A stretch of DNA of 64,000 nt from Octopus bimaculoides (lineage: Eukaryota), in the NCBI RefSeq assembly GCF_001194135.2, contig NC_068982.1, positions 112,631,682 through 112,695,681 on the forward strand, in the 5' to 3' direction. This document shows, in pieces, positions 13,716 through 27,484 of the stretch (the stretch's first letter is position 1; every line of letters begins with the position of its first letter). The notes below the pieces were generated by a model. The model saw nothing but the letters and a program-made list of their open reading frames with translations. It searched no databases and was not told where the DNA came from. A program made the position numbers and the translations under genes.

Positions 13716-14090
13716 AACGTATAAGAGACGCTAAATCTCAACTTTAGCATTCATATCATCCAAATTTTGCTGAAGTAGATGACGATACGTGTGTAACTGA
13801 TTTGATTGTTCTGGTCTTAACATCAGTTGGTAGGAAGAGGAGTCATTTGACGAAACATTTTTCTTTGTAATTGGCTTTCCTGTTGCAGGTTCGATCTGTG
13901 AAATATTGAAATGATACTCATCTTGTCCATTCTAAATAAGGGGATACTGGAGGGCCTCATAAATGGGATGTATCTCTGAAACACGTTTCCGGTTTTTATC
14001 TCGAGCACGAGTGAGGATATCACGATTTTCCTAGGGAGCACCATTGATAAAAATGAATACTTCATTAGATGTGGGCTCATTAAAACGCCG
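13716..14090 (-). pseudogene. Helitron Rep-domain fragment
   Basis: One minus-strand frame with 3 stops reads RRFNEPTSNEVFIFINGAP*ENRDILTRARDKNRKRVSEIHPIYEALQYPLI*NGQDEYHFNISQIEPATGKPITKKNVSSNDSSSYQLMLRPEQSNQLHTYRHLLQQNLDDMNAKVEI*RLLYV. This follows the Helitron motif series RRFNxP / YDALQYP / GEDGYH / YRLMIR / QQFxVDMYAKIExERL. Not in the ORF track because of the stops. Confidence 0.85.
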
Positions 14091-14120
14091 TAAAATATCC
14101 GTTATTATTTTTCACTATAG

Positions 14121-14878
14121 ACGTAACGAACGCAGAAGATACACCCACTCACAGACAGACACACTCATACACATGTGTATATGTACGTGTAGATGTGTAT
14201 GTGTGTGTGTTTAATTGCTTAAAGCCGAACATATAAAAATTATCACGATACACTCGCACACACATACTTTCTGACATACACTCACATACATATACTAAAA
14301 TAGATACACACAGACATACATTCACGCACACTTCAGGCCTATCTCTGTCCCTCTATTTGTGTTTCTCTTTAGATGTGTGTGTGTATGTGTGTGAGTTGTC
14401 ACAAAAATGTATGTGCACTCACACAAAATCTCACATGCACTCACACACGTATACTTCTCAGTCATCATCCTAACGTACGTAACAAGCACGCAAACACACT
14501 CACTCACAGACACATATACACTAATACACATATGTGCATGTATGTGTAGATATGTCTGTGTGTTTAATTGTATGAGGCGTAAATGTATAAACATTAAACA
14601 TTATCACACTCGGAATCTGAATTACACTCACATACATATATTAAGACAGACATACACAGACGTACATTTATGCACACCTCAGGCCTATCTCTGCCCCTCT
14701 CTGTGTCTGTGTCTGTCTTTAGATGCGTGTACGTGTGTGTGTGTGTCAGTCGTTACAAAAATGTATATATACTCACGGACACATACACTCTCATATACAC
14801 CTACCCACATATACTTGCCAGTCGTACGTAACGAATGCGCAAACACACACAAAAACTCACAGACATATACACTCATAT
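14121..14878. repeat. Diverged ~350-bp tandem repeat (about 2.1 units)
   Basis: Anchor acgtaac..cgca at 14121, 14477 and 14826. Anchor tcaggcctatctctg at 14333 and 14679. Anchors ctttagatg and acaaaaatgta also recur at the same spacing. Confidence 0.85.
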
Positions 14879-15705
14879 AGGAAATGTGACGTCGTCGTCG
14901 TCGTGGTATAAAATGTCGTTTACGATAGTTGACTTATAGAAAGATTATGTTCAATTTTGGCAACGCAAACATGTAAATGAAAATAAAGTATTTTTGGTAG
15001 GTGAAAGATTACAGAATCTTTTTTAACATCCCATACGTCAAAATCGGCAACAAACTTTTCGAATGCATAAGGAACATACGCACACACACATATATGTATA
15101 TATATACATACATGCACACACACACACACACACACACACACGCGAACGCACACATATGAGCTGATATTTATCCGCAAGTAAAAGTAAACGTTGTGTTATT
15201 GTGTTAGAGCATAGAATACTGCGGTAGTTTCCATGAGAGCGTCTTGTGTATATATATATATATATATATGCTTTTGGCGCATATAATCATTGTTGTTCAC
15301 ATTGAAAGTAGGAGATAAATCTCCCGCCATCGTCACCACCAAGACTACCAGAGGACTTTATTTCTGACTTCCTTGGCCTAGTCAATGTTATTCTGTGTTC
15401 TAACACATCCACTTCTAAATTACCTTTTTGTATTAATACTGCTTCTGTTGCTAATAATTACTTCTTAATAAAAACGCTGTTTTCACGTTTCATGGGAAAT
15501 ACAACACGTTTCTCGAACATTAGGAATTAAATATCTAAATATCTAAATATCTAAATATCTAAAAAGTAAGCCTTGCTTCATGTCCCGGAACCTTTATGTA
15601 AAGAAATTTCAGTGCGGTGCCTAACTCATCAGTTTTTCTCAATAGATGCAAATTCATATATATATTAATGCGACTCTCATCCCCTTGTTCGTTCACTCCT
15701 GTGAG

Positions 15706-15708
<3 letters not shown>

Positions 15709-15792
<84 letters not shown>
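15709..15792. repeat. (CA)n microsatellite, representative of many in the window
   Basis: Direct reading. Other (CA)n/(TG)n tracts lie at about 7446, 36510, 50470 and 63790, with many (AT)n and (ACAT)n tracts. Confidence 0.95.
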
Positions 15793-15796
<4 letters not shown>

Positions 15797-16469
15797 TCTC
15801 TTTTATTAGAAGCGAATGTGTACTAAGGTAGATTAGTTAAATTTTGCTTTGTAAACTATTTTAAAGTGATTCAAGTCATTACACTATTTATACAATTGAT
15901 ATATAATATTTCCGGTTAGCTCTCTATCAATATACTTCCTGCTTCTATTCTCTGTATAGTAGATCTCCAGCACACGGCATTACAACATTTCAAAGATTCC
16001 TAAACATTGTTGATACTCACAAGGTAGGGAAAGAGAAATGAGAAACACTGTTTGAACCCAATACTCCTTACATCCCTAAATCTTACATCAGCTATTGTTT
16101 GACATTTAATGATGCTCAGTTGTGCAATCATCATCAAAAGAATTATGGAATATAGCTCACGTCTCCCTAGAGACATTTAATACGAATATACATGCATTTC
16201 TCTCGAAATTTCTACATTCTATGTAATGCAACCAGAATGCTACAAACATCCACGTAATGTTATAAAGACTCCACCAGAACAGTCATACACAGACTAAAGA
16301 TTCCGCACACACACCATACATACACGGACACACACAAACATATAGACACACATACGTGCACACAAACTGAATTACCAAGCAGAACCTTGGGGCCTCGGAT
16401 ATAAGCAGAGACGACACACAAAGCAATTGTGTGTCTTTGTGCATGTATATACATATATGCATCTATATC

Positions 16470-16510
<41 letters not shown>

Positions 16511-16517
16511 ATATACG

Positions 16518-16549
<32 letters not shown>

Positions 16550-16967
16550 TATACATACATACATATATACATATATATAACGTATATTAATAATTATGAA
16601 CGCATGTTGCTGAAAAACTGTACATCAATGTTGCTATTTAAATCGTACATCTCCACCTCACACTCATAAATATGCACACATTTATAAGCAGATATGCGCA
16701 TTACACACGCGCGGGCACACACACACACACTACACACACACAAACACATTCACTCACTCACATTATATATGTTCAGATCTGTCTTTCTTCATTTCTTTAC
16801 ATACCTGATTATATGTTCGGCATACACTTTTAGAAAAGTGCACATATACAAGAACACTCACACACAACTGCACACTTACATGTATGTACACAAAGAGATA
16901 AACAATAATATATAGTATAATATAATATATATATATATATATATATGGATGTTAATATGTGTAAATA

Positions 16968-17040
<73 letters not shown>

Positions 17041-17687
17041 TCATAGCTACATACGCATCGATGTATGTATAGAATGGCACAGATAAGGGAAGGAACAACT
17101 GAAGTGGTTTAGAAGATGATAATGCTCATTTAAGAAGGAAACGTTTTATAAAAATACATATATAAGGAAGATGAATTAAAAGGAAGGAAATGAAGAATCT
17201 ACAAAAATAGACATTTGAATTTTACTAATAAACGATACTTACTACTAAGAAATGTATTGCTTTTTTTAGTTCAGGTAGGAAATTACATGAACAGTGTACA
17301 CCTTAGTAACTATTTCTCATGAATGCTTGGAAATCTCATATTTTATTTTTCTACTATTTTATATGATAACTTAGATTTCAATTTTCTCCCTTCTTTAATA
17401 TATTCAATGTAGGAAAATGAAAATCTGATAAGGCTGTTCGTGAAATATTCTCTAAACTTTTTAATCTGCAAATGCAAAGCTTAAGTAATCTTGTGAAGTA
17501 TTCGGACTTTCTGCTTCAATAGTTACTGTCTCTTTTTTACTTTTATATTTACATTTTAGCCTAAAAAGAAACCAATTGAAATTTGAGTTAAAGTGGGTTA
17601 TTTAATCCTCGATGATGTCCCGAATTATCTCAAGGTGACGTTTGATTTCCAAACACAAAATTCAATACAATATTAGGTTTGAAGAAA

Positions 17688-17870
17688 GCAGTGAGCTGGG
17701 AGAATTGTTAGCACGACGGGCAAAATGCTTAGCGGCATTTCGTCCGTCTTTATTTTCCGAGTTTAAATTACACCGAAGACGACTTTGCCTTTCATATTTT
17801 CCGGGTTGTTAAAAAAGGTACCAGTTGAGCACTGGGGTCGATCTAATCGACTATACTCCTCCGAAATTGC
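17688..17870 (+). mobile_element. tRNA-derived SINE family A
   Basis: gagctgggagaattgttagcacg...aaatgcttagcggcatttcg...gactttgcctttcat...gtaccagttgagcactggggtcgatctaatcgact is shared with about 10 other copies in the window. Confidence 0.85.
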
Positions 17871-18053
17871 AATATTATGTTGAGGTAACATCGGCACACA
17901 GCCTTGGTTTGTTCTGTGAATCCAGCTATAATAAACAGGCGAAAGAAAAGATAGAAAGAGTACAAATGTGTACTGTGAGCCTCTGTGTGATATCTCGACC
18001 TTCTAGACAGCTTTACATCACCCTAATTGCACGTTGCTCGCTTTAATAAAGGC

Positions 18054-18377
18054 TAAAGACCCCCCCCCCCCTTTCGGTCATGAATGATCATGGGATTGAC
18101 CCTAGAAAGTTCCCCTCCGAGGCACAAGCCCGGGCAAGATCATTCATAGAAGACCAACAGTCGCCCATGCATGACAGCCTCTCCTCTCCACGCCACCGAT
18201 GTTATTCAAAGGGAAGTCAAAGTCCGATGACACCAATGACGTCGCAACTCATTTCTACAGTCGAGCGAAATAAAGCAACTCACTCAAGAACACAACCCAC
18301 AGTCCGGTCACGGAATCGAACTCACTACATCATGATTGTGACCCCGGCACTCTAACCACTGAGCCATGCACTTTCAC
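18054..18377 (-). mobile_element. tRNA-derived SINE family C, near full length
   Basis: Minus strand shows an A-box-like tggctcagtggttaga (18351-18366) and B-box gagttcgattcc (18312-18323), followed by a ~260-bp non-tRNA body. Confidence 0.8.
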
Positions 18378-19018
18378 ATTCTATCAAATAAGGATAGGCA
18401 TATTAGATATTGTAGCCCTATGCAACCCTAAGATAACAGAAAGGTTTCGACTGAAATGAATTAGGTTTAATAAATCAGGGCTCAGATAGTGCTAAACGAC
18501 CATAACTGGGATTGTACAGTATTATGAATATTCTCTCGCCGTTCGACTTTCTAAATTCAGTTATTTCGATTCAACATTTCCGACAGCTGAAGATGTCATT
18601 TGCGTCATTCACACCTTTTAATCCGTTTTTACAGCGTTCAGACATTTCAATACCGCCAAGCTGGGGCACAAACTTTATTGAATTTCTAGTCGATTTCTTT
18701 CACAACAGTACTTTGTATTTTCATTTCATCGTTCTGGTAAAATACGACATGAAAATTGGAGACAAATGTAAAGAGAAGTATTTTTGAGAAAATCGACCAG
18801 TTTCTACACCACTGCAAACTGATATAAACACGTACAATTGCATAAATTTAGTAATAAGCGAAACATTGTAATGATTCTGTCGAAGCCCTAACACATACAT
18901 ATGTACATATATCTACATACAATGTGCATACATATTAAATATATGTATACAAACATCTCGTCTAACTATACTTCTATTTTTCTCTCTGTACATACACACA
19001 CACTCACACGTAAATACA

Positions 19019-19049
<31 letters not shown>

Positions 19050-19148
19050 ATATATATATATGTATTATATATTATATATATACATATACATACATACATA
19101 TATAAGTATGTATGTATCTATGTATGTATATATACATATATATATCTA

Positions 19149-19251
<103 letters not shown>

Positions 19252-20855
19252 ATGTAAGTATAGATGTATGACCTACTTCTACAATTTCTACCAGGAAAAT
19301 GTCACTCACAAAGTAGTAGTCAACCCAAGGGTATGATCTGTACTCAAAACCACGCAGTAGAATTGAACCCAGCACCAAGCGTTTGCGTAGTAAAACGTTT
19401 CAACTACATTACCATGCCTGCATTAACATTCAGTCGACTATATCCCAGTTATGATGCGTGTGCAACCACGTGTTATTGTAAGGTATTTGTAAAAGTAGTA
19501 GTAAGAGTTGCATTGATGTATATGCACTATTTATTTTAAGGTTAGTTTCAACACTTTCAGTCTTCGATGCATAGCTTTTAGACCTGATAAACTCATACAA
19601 ACAAACATGCCGATATTTAGTTATATATAAAATTTTAATAAAATATTCAATTTCTCCTGGTTCATTGCATCAGTATTGATTAATCGATGTGTTTATATCA
19701 ATTTGTCCATTGCAAAATCTCGACTATAGATTAACAATATTACATCAATTTTCAAGATTTTTCCCTGCGTTATACACTTGAGCATCAACCCCCTACTGCA
19801 AACACCATCAATACTACCATCACCATTTTCCTCATCATGTTCCCCTCATCATCATCTCTGTCATAATTAATGAGTATAAAAATAACATGATTACGACGGC
19901 TACCTCGCTCATCAACACCATCTACCATCGCCAACTGAAATAGTACTATAAACAGTGCAATAATATCTAGGATATTGCTTAGCAGAAATAACACTCGTAC
20001 AGACTGTCTGTATTTTTGTTATTGCTGTTGTTATTGCCAGAATGATGGTGTTTGTTGAAGATAAAATTTAATTTAAACTTCTTGCTCGCATTATTACAGC
20101 TCTGTTGGCTAAATGCCAACATTTCTGTGAGTTTACATGTATGATATATATTCTACAGTGCTAGTGCATCAGAAAAGCAGTGAGCGTCTGCATGCTTGCA
20201 AACTGTAAGGAAGAATTTTTGCTTTCAATGCATTGTTGACTTTAAAGGAATTCGATTTTCCAATTCAGCAGTGTAGATGAGTCATAAGCGTAAATATTCA
20301 ATTAAATTAATATTATTCTAAACATTTTACAACTGGGTCCTGAAGTATTTTGCTATTTTTCTTACTCTAAGGCATAAAGNNNNNNNNNNNNNNNNNNNNN
20401 NNNNNNNNNNNNNNNNNNNNNNNNNNNNNNNNNNNNNNNNNNNNNNNNNNNNNNNNNNNNNNNNNNNNNNNNNNNNNNNNNNNNNNNNNNNNNNNNNNNN
20501 NNNNNNNNNNNNNNNNNNNNNNNNNNNNNNNNNNNNNNNNNNNNNNNNNNNNNNNNNNNNNNNNNNNNNNNNNNNNNNNNNNNNNNNNNNNNNNNNNNNN
20601 NNNNNNNNNNNNNNNNNNNNNNNNNNNNNNNNNNNNNNNNNNNNNNNNNNNNNNNNNNNNNNNNNNNNNNNNNNNNNNNNNNNNNNNNNNNNNNNNNNNN
20701 NNNNNNNNNNNNNNNNNNNNNNNNNNNNNNNNNNNNNNNNNNNNNNNNNNATATATATATATATATATATATATACATCTACATATATATATTTGCATGT
20801 ACACACACACATGTTTGTGTGTGCATATGTAAATGTGTATATATGCATGTGCGTG

Positions 20856-21691
20856 TACGAAATGTATTCCAGAGATTTTAGGGGAAAGGCACTTGTAACT
20901 ATCCCAGAGTATTTTTGTTATTACAGATTGAAGGAGACGGTTGTAACATTTCTTTCAATACATTCTCCCAATCACTGCTTGTCACCGCTGATTACCTTTC
21001 AGAATGCAGTCGCAATATGAAATGAAGACTATTTGAAAGCTCACTATGCAATAGAACTTTGTGTTAAACTGGGTAAAATCTCTACAGAAACTTACGAAAT
21101 ACTCTAGACTGCTTATGTGTTAACTTGTATGAGCTGAGCATCTGTTTATCACTGGCAGAAAAGGTCAGACAATGCAAGTCCACCGGGAAGCTCATGACGT
21201 TTCCTTTTTCGACAGCAAGGGCAATATATAAATCCACTGAGTTCCCTCTGGCCAGAGTGTCAAAAAAATAGTACTTTGTAGAGGTTTTGAGGGATTTCAG
21301 GGAGAGATTTCGTCGCAAGAATTTAGAGCTCTTCTTCTCGGAACGGTGGCCCCTGTACGAGGACAATGCACTGGGGCTCAATTCCATACTGGTACCCAAC
21401 TACTTGACAGAGATGTGCATTAATCTATCCGTCAGTTTTCCTACATCACAGACCTTACTCCCAGTGAGTTTTGGTTGTTCCCCAATCTAGAGGTAAAGAT
21501 GAACGTGGCTGTCATATGTGTCCTGGACACCTTCATTTTGTTAGACTTTCACGGGGCCTTCACGAAGGAGCTAGAATGCTATAACAAGTGCACTGTAGTC
21601 AGAGGTTCTTACTCTGAAGGAGCTAGAGTTTTGTACAGTTCTGAAATAAAATGTTTCTCCTCAAAATGTCTGAAACCTTCTGGAATGCACC
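20856..21691 (+). mobile_element. Internally deleted mariner (Tc1/mariner) transposon relic
   Basis: HYAIELCVKLGKISTETYEIL*TAY..S*ASVYHWQKR (HTH) is joined by a deletion to FDSKGNI..VPSGQSVKK*YFVEVLRDFRERFRRK..WPLYEDNA..DLTPSEFWLFP..DFHGAF..ECYNKC..RGSYSEG. Degenerate TIR-like ends: tgtattccaga (20863) and tctggaatgca (21679). Confidence 0.85.
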
Positions 21692-22790
21692 ATTTATGCT
21701 GATTTCATGTTGCTGATGCCAAAGACACTGGGAATTGGAAAAAGACAGTGCTTTCTATATCCCTCGGGAAGCGTAGTAGATCACTGTGCTGTATGACCTC
21801 CATCAACTTGTATACTCATTATCCATTTGAAAATCTCTTTTATCGTGCAACTGAGACTACTAAGACATTTGCATTTTTATTTTTTATTTTCCTAGATTTT
21901 CTAATTACACAGATACTTGATAACTGATCCGTTGAAAGGGTTCAAATTTTAAATGATTTTAACTTTAACGATAATACTTATAGCATGTCCACGAATGGAC
22001 ATAATACAGAAATTTTACTCGTTGCCAGTTATTGATTCTGCTGGCGCAAACGGTTTTTCAGTCAATATTTTATTTATACAAAGTTGAGTTTTGTTCTTTT
22101 TGTTCATTCTTCTGTTCTTTAATTCTAGATTAGTTCTGATAGACTAAACCTGCGAAGAAGGTACCATACTATGGTGTCGAATTTTCTTATAAAAATGGAT
22201 TTCATATAACGGAGATATAACTGTACTTTCTGACAACTCAAACAAATACGGGGAGGCATTGCCACTGCTGAAAAGTTTCCAATTTTGAGAAAGGAAATTT
22301 GATAAATAAAAAGCGTTGGTGATCAGAAAGGATTTAGGAGAAATATAGAAGGAATAATTTTGCAATCTGTTTGAAAGGTCGCTAAACCACAACCTAAAAA
22401 CTAAGTTAATGCAACATTCAGCACTCACAGCTTATTCCAAAACTTGTAACATTTTGTTTACTAAGAACAAAGCATTGTCAATGCAGCGATGGCATTAATT
22501 ATATGAAAGCCTTTATGTTTATGATTGTGATTAATGATAAAATAATATACAATACCCTATATAACGTTTTCCTATCTAAATTTATGAAGCAGAGACTCTT
22601 ACAGCACTACTCCTCTGGTGCTTATTCAGGTCTGTACCTCGGAATAATTTGAGATTGGCAAAATATCTTGAATAAATTTTATCAAACATAATTTCGTTGA
22701 GGTGGATAACTCTTAGATGTTAGATATTATTCACTCCTTGAACTAAGGCGATGTTGGAAAATAACGCGCGCGCGCACACGCACACACACA

Positions 22791-22821
<31 letters not shown>

Positions 22822-24209
22822 GTTGGAGGACAAATATGTTACGTGGAATTAAAAGGTTCAATGGAACCCCGATAACGAGGCTGCACATAATAGGCATAGG
22901 AGAAGGGAGCATAGCTATTAAAAGTAACATGGTATATAAAGCAAAGGTAACAAGTCCTCCTTTATATGTCAGTAATTCTCAAATATTTTGGAACTGACTC
23001 GACATATAACCGTTGAGTATGAACCTTCAGTTTTGAGTATTTTCACTTTTCTGTGCTACTCAAGGGTCATATTCTTTGCCTCCACTTTTTTTGCATATGC
23101 TTAGAACTTGCAATGTCTTAGTAGTCCGAGGTTTGTTTGTTTCTTTCTTTTTTGTCAGATGCCGCCCTTTAGTTATATTGTGTTCCTTCTGTATGATTAA
23201 AGATGGTCGTATGATTACAAATTGTTGTTTAAATTTCCCTTCCGTTATGCATATGTTACAATTCTGTGCTATGCCAGGAGAGGTTTTATGAAGATGACCA
23301 CTGACATCACGATGGACTTTTTGCAGAGGTGACTGTTGTCTCGTAAACAATGGCTTCTGAGCTTCAGAATTCATTAAATGGGAATTTATTGTCTATCTAT
23401 GTAAGTTTTGTGAGTGGATATGATCTTACAGACTTAATATTTTGGGTACATCTGTAGACTATTTTCAGATAGTGTTTATTAAAATGGTTACTATATTTGC
23501 GGCCGACAAGCGCGTGTCTATTAAATATCATTACTGTATCAAATTTAGCAGCAAATATAAAAAAGGATGTATGAATCATATATCACGCCCTTTATTTCAT
23601 ATCAGGAGGGGCAAGTTAGTTGAATAGAAAATTGTTCTCTTTGAATCCATTTGCATGTAAAGAGCTTTTTTCGTACGAAATTACCTTATGATGTATTGTC
23701 TTAAAGAATGGATAGTTGAAAATCCTTCTGATAAAGTTTTTGATGTGGCTATTAAGAACTATTGAGGGAAGCGGCTGAATATTCTAGGTTAATATCAGAA
23801 TAGTCTATTAACTTTTTTTTTTAAGTTTTAAATAATTTAATTATTAAATAAAAAGTACTACTTGGAAAGTCAACAGCTTTTAAATCAGTGACAATATTTC
23901 TTTTAAGTTGTTATTGATATTTTATTGCTAAACATCAAATTGATGTCTTTCCGCATTTTGACCAAACTAAAATCATCACTATATTTTGTTAATGATAACC
24001 TAAAACCAATAACCTATTACTGTGCATTTCTTATAACGTACTTTCAGAGTATACAAGATCCTTAAGAGACACTTCAATGTCAAGAAATTGCAGACCTGAA
24101 ATACATTATATTCATATGAAATCATATTTCTAAAGAAAAATTTGCATAAGGATTAGATTAATAGATTGAAATATACAAAAAATTCCAATTAATATAGAAA
24201 TAATATAAA

Positions 24210-24428
24210 GGCGGCAAGCCGACAGAATTCTTAGAACACCAGGTAAAACGCTTAGTTGCATTTTTTCCGTCTTTACGTTCTAAGTTCAAATGCCGTCAGG
24301 GTCGACTTTGCCTTTCATCTTTTCGAGGTCGATAAAATAAGTACTAGTTGAGCAGCTCTGGGATCAATGTAACTGACTTTTTTCGTCCCCTGAACTTTTC
24401 TGGTCTTTTGTCCAAATTTGAAACAAAT
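24210..24428 (+). mobile_element. SINE family A
   Basis: ggcggcaagccgacagaattcttag...aagttcaaatgccgtcagggtcgactttgcctttcatcttttcgaggtcgataaaataagtactagttgagca. Confidence 0.85.
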
Positions 24429-27078
24429 ATAAAATGTACATATATCTGTGTGTGTGTGTATTATCGAAAACTGTTTATTATTCTTCATTGTAAATGTTAT
24501 GGACTTTCAAAATCAAACAGAAAATTTTTGTCGGGTGAACAATTGAATTAGTTACAGTATACTCCAGCAAATACCTTGCAGGTCGGTTGCCCTCTTTGAA
24601 ACTATACACTGAGATCACTATATTATATATACAAAGTTTAAAAATTTGTAATTTTTGTATATTTTCATCTGCCAGTCTAATTCTCGACTCCAAACTTTAA
24701 AAACATAAGTGAAAGTTATCGTCTGTTATCAACAGTTTAGATTAAAGTGTCGTCCTCAAATTAGTTCAACTGAATTCCCTTCAATTAAATGCATGAGACT
24801 GCGTCTGAATTATTTTCTTTTGAACCTTAAAATCAACCTTTACACCAACATCTGTATAGTCTATTCGATTTGTAGACATTTCCGAATACCATTGTGTTAT
24901 TATTAAAAAAAGTAACCTCTATATAAATACGATCGACAATGTTAATGATATAAACGATGATCACTGTAAAAAAAAAAAAAATAATAATAAAACAAAAACA
25001 AAATGGAAAGCTTTTATACCAATTTTTTTTTTACATTTTATGGTCCCTAATACCGGGCATGATTTAATGACGTTGCTAATTGATTACAGGGAAGCTGTAA
25101 TGACATTACTGATCGATTACTGAAAACTTGTGGAAACGCTGAATGATATTAAATCTAAATTCTTTTATCTGAAACCCGGATATTTTTTTTCATAATTATG
25201 TATATAGCCAGTATCTCCACACGAATGATATTTAATTGCCGTTCACAAAAATCTAAACCTAAAAACATAAATACAACACCCAACATAAGATAATTTACTT
25301 ATGTTTGCTCTGTTATCTTCAACATCACACGTAAGTATATTAAATAGCTTAAAAACACACACAAACGCCTGTGCAGTCAATACGTCATTAACATTAATGA
25401 GAATGTCTGTTTACTGAGCACTCGAATTCCTTCATACAAAGGCGTGTAATGATGCAAACTTTAGGTATAAAAATTACGACGTGTTATTCAATAATCATGG
25501 GGAATTCACTGGCGGTATAAATATAGAAAACTATAACGTTGTACACATACATACAGGCATACATACACGCATACATACACGCATACATATATAAATATAT
25601 ATACATATATACATTATGTATCTCTATGTATATATACATGCATACGCACGCACTCACACACCCACACACTTTCTCTCACTCACACTTAACACACACACCT
25701 ACACATATTTCGTTATGATTATATCGTCTTCCTTGTCAAAATTGATTCCACTGGCCACACTGAATTATTTCTGTTACATGAAAATTAATCTATCTTCAGG
25801 TTTCTTGTAAGTTTACCATACGCTTAAGCCTTATATTGACTGGAATCAAAGTAGGAAAACTGTAGTGCCGATTATGCTGGTGACACATCACCATAGCTGT
25901 CCTCATGTTACAGAAAAAAAAGACAGATTTTTCCATAATGACATGTCAGTTCCAGTGAGATTTTGGTTTCTAACATTGTTTCTCCTTTCATTTTCAGATT
26001 CAGTCGAAATTGACACCAAGCACTGGTTTACTGTCTCACGAATGGAAAACTGCTTTATGAAGAAACAATTAATATTTAATATCATTTAGTATATCTTTAT
26101 TATATGTTTATCTTCCGAATTCATAAATCTGGCCCCATATAGTCCTTCTTTCTTACTAATTTTTGTTCTCTCTCCACTCTTCTTTCTCTCTCTCTCTCTC
26201 GAGCGCACACACATAATCATAGATATTCATGCATACATATATACATCAATACATGCATAACTACATACAGTACACAAGCAGATTATATATATATATNNNN
26301 NNNNNNATATATATATGTAAATTCAAGATCTTATAATAAGAAAATGAATGTTTTTACATACGCATACAATTTTAAGAAACTATAGCAACAAAATGATGGA
26401 AGAAATCTTGACAGGAATATTAAATTTGGCACAAATAATTGATTTGTGGAAAATCTGGATGAAAATAATTAAAATATGGGGATAGCCGTCTTCATAATAT
26501 TCCTTGGAAAATGGTTCTTAGTCTATGAAATGTTGCCAAGCGTAATTTCGTTGAACACTTAAGGTGCATCAATTTCTCTACTGTACAGACATCTCGGAGA
26601 CTAGTTATGACAGCTGTTGATCGGCGAAAACAACATATGGCCAGTTCTATCAACGTAAACATTTTCACATATTGATTTATTTTTAACAGGATATACAGAG
26701 CGAAATATATTTCAATGAGTCTATCTTATATAAATATTATACACAATACTTTGGTTCTTAATTATTCATATTCATGAAAGTATGTTCAATATAATTACAG
26801 AAAAATTATTTATCATTTTTTGTTCTTTTTTTCCACTAAGGTTAGTTCGGGTCCCATGGTTACTGTATTAATGTTGATATTAGGAATGAGATATTATTAG
26901 CAACCGCTTTTTGGTCAAGATTATATACATGAAAAATCATAAAACAGTGCGTATCTGATATACTTAGGTTGTATATCAGACACATAAACGTTCTTCAATG
27001 TTCCCTATCCAAATGCGATTCTAGACCACATTGTTTTCAGATAGTGACTCGACTTTAAGAGAGAGAGAGAGAGGGAGA

Positions 27079-27116
<38 letters not shown>

Positions 27117-27467
27117 AAGAGAAGAGAAANNNNNNNNNNAAAGAGAGAGAGAAAGAAAGAAAGAAAGAAAGAAAGAGAGAAGGGAAGAAACAAAGAAGGT
27201 TTATGGGGTAATCACGATATTCTTTACAGCGTAAGGTCGTGTTTCTGATGATATTACATGATAAAGTCGTTGAATTTAACACACACACACAAATATACAT
27301 GCATACATATATATACATACATAACGCCACGCATCCTCTTCCAAGTAAGTTTTATCTTAATAATTCTGATGTGCACTCTATACGATCTTTTTACTATTTC
27401 GTTTTCTCTCTCTTATTCTTTCTTTCTGTCACTCTCTCTCTCCCCCTCACTCCTTCTCTCCCTTGCT

Positions 27468-27484
27468 CACGTGGCTCCCACGTG
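27468..27484. promoter_or_regulatory. Paired canonical E-boxes, CACGTG-n5-CACGTG (ChoRE-type geometry)
   Basis: CACGTG gctcc CACGTG read directly. Function is inferred only. Confidence 0.4.

Noticed and set aside
18512-18790. Minus-strand RNSIKFVPQLG..CKNGLKGVNDA, faintly like a mariner N-terminus
   Set aside because: Too short and degenerate to support.
19785-19994. ORF with acidic and hydrophobic runs
   Set aside because: Explained by a decayed (CAT/GAT)n trinucleotide tract.
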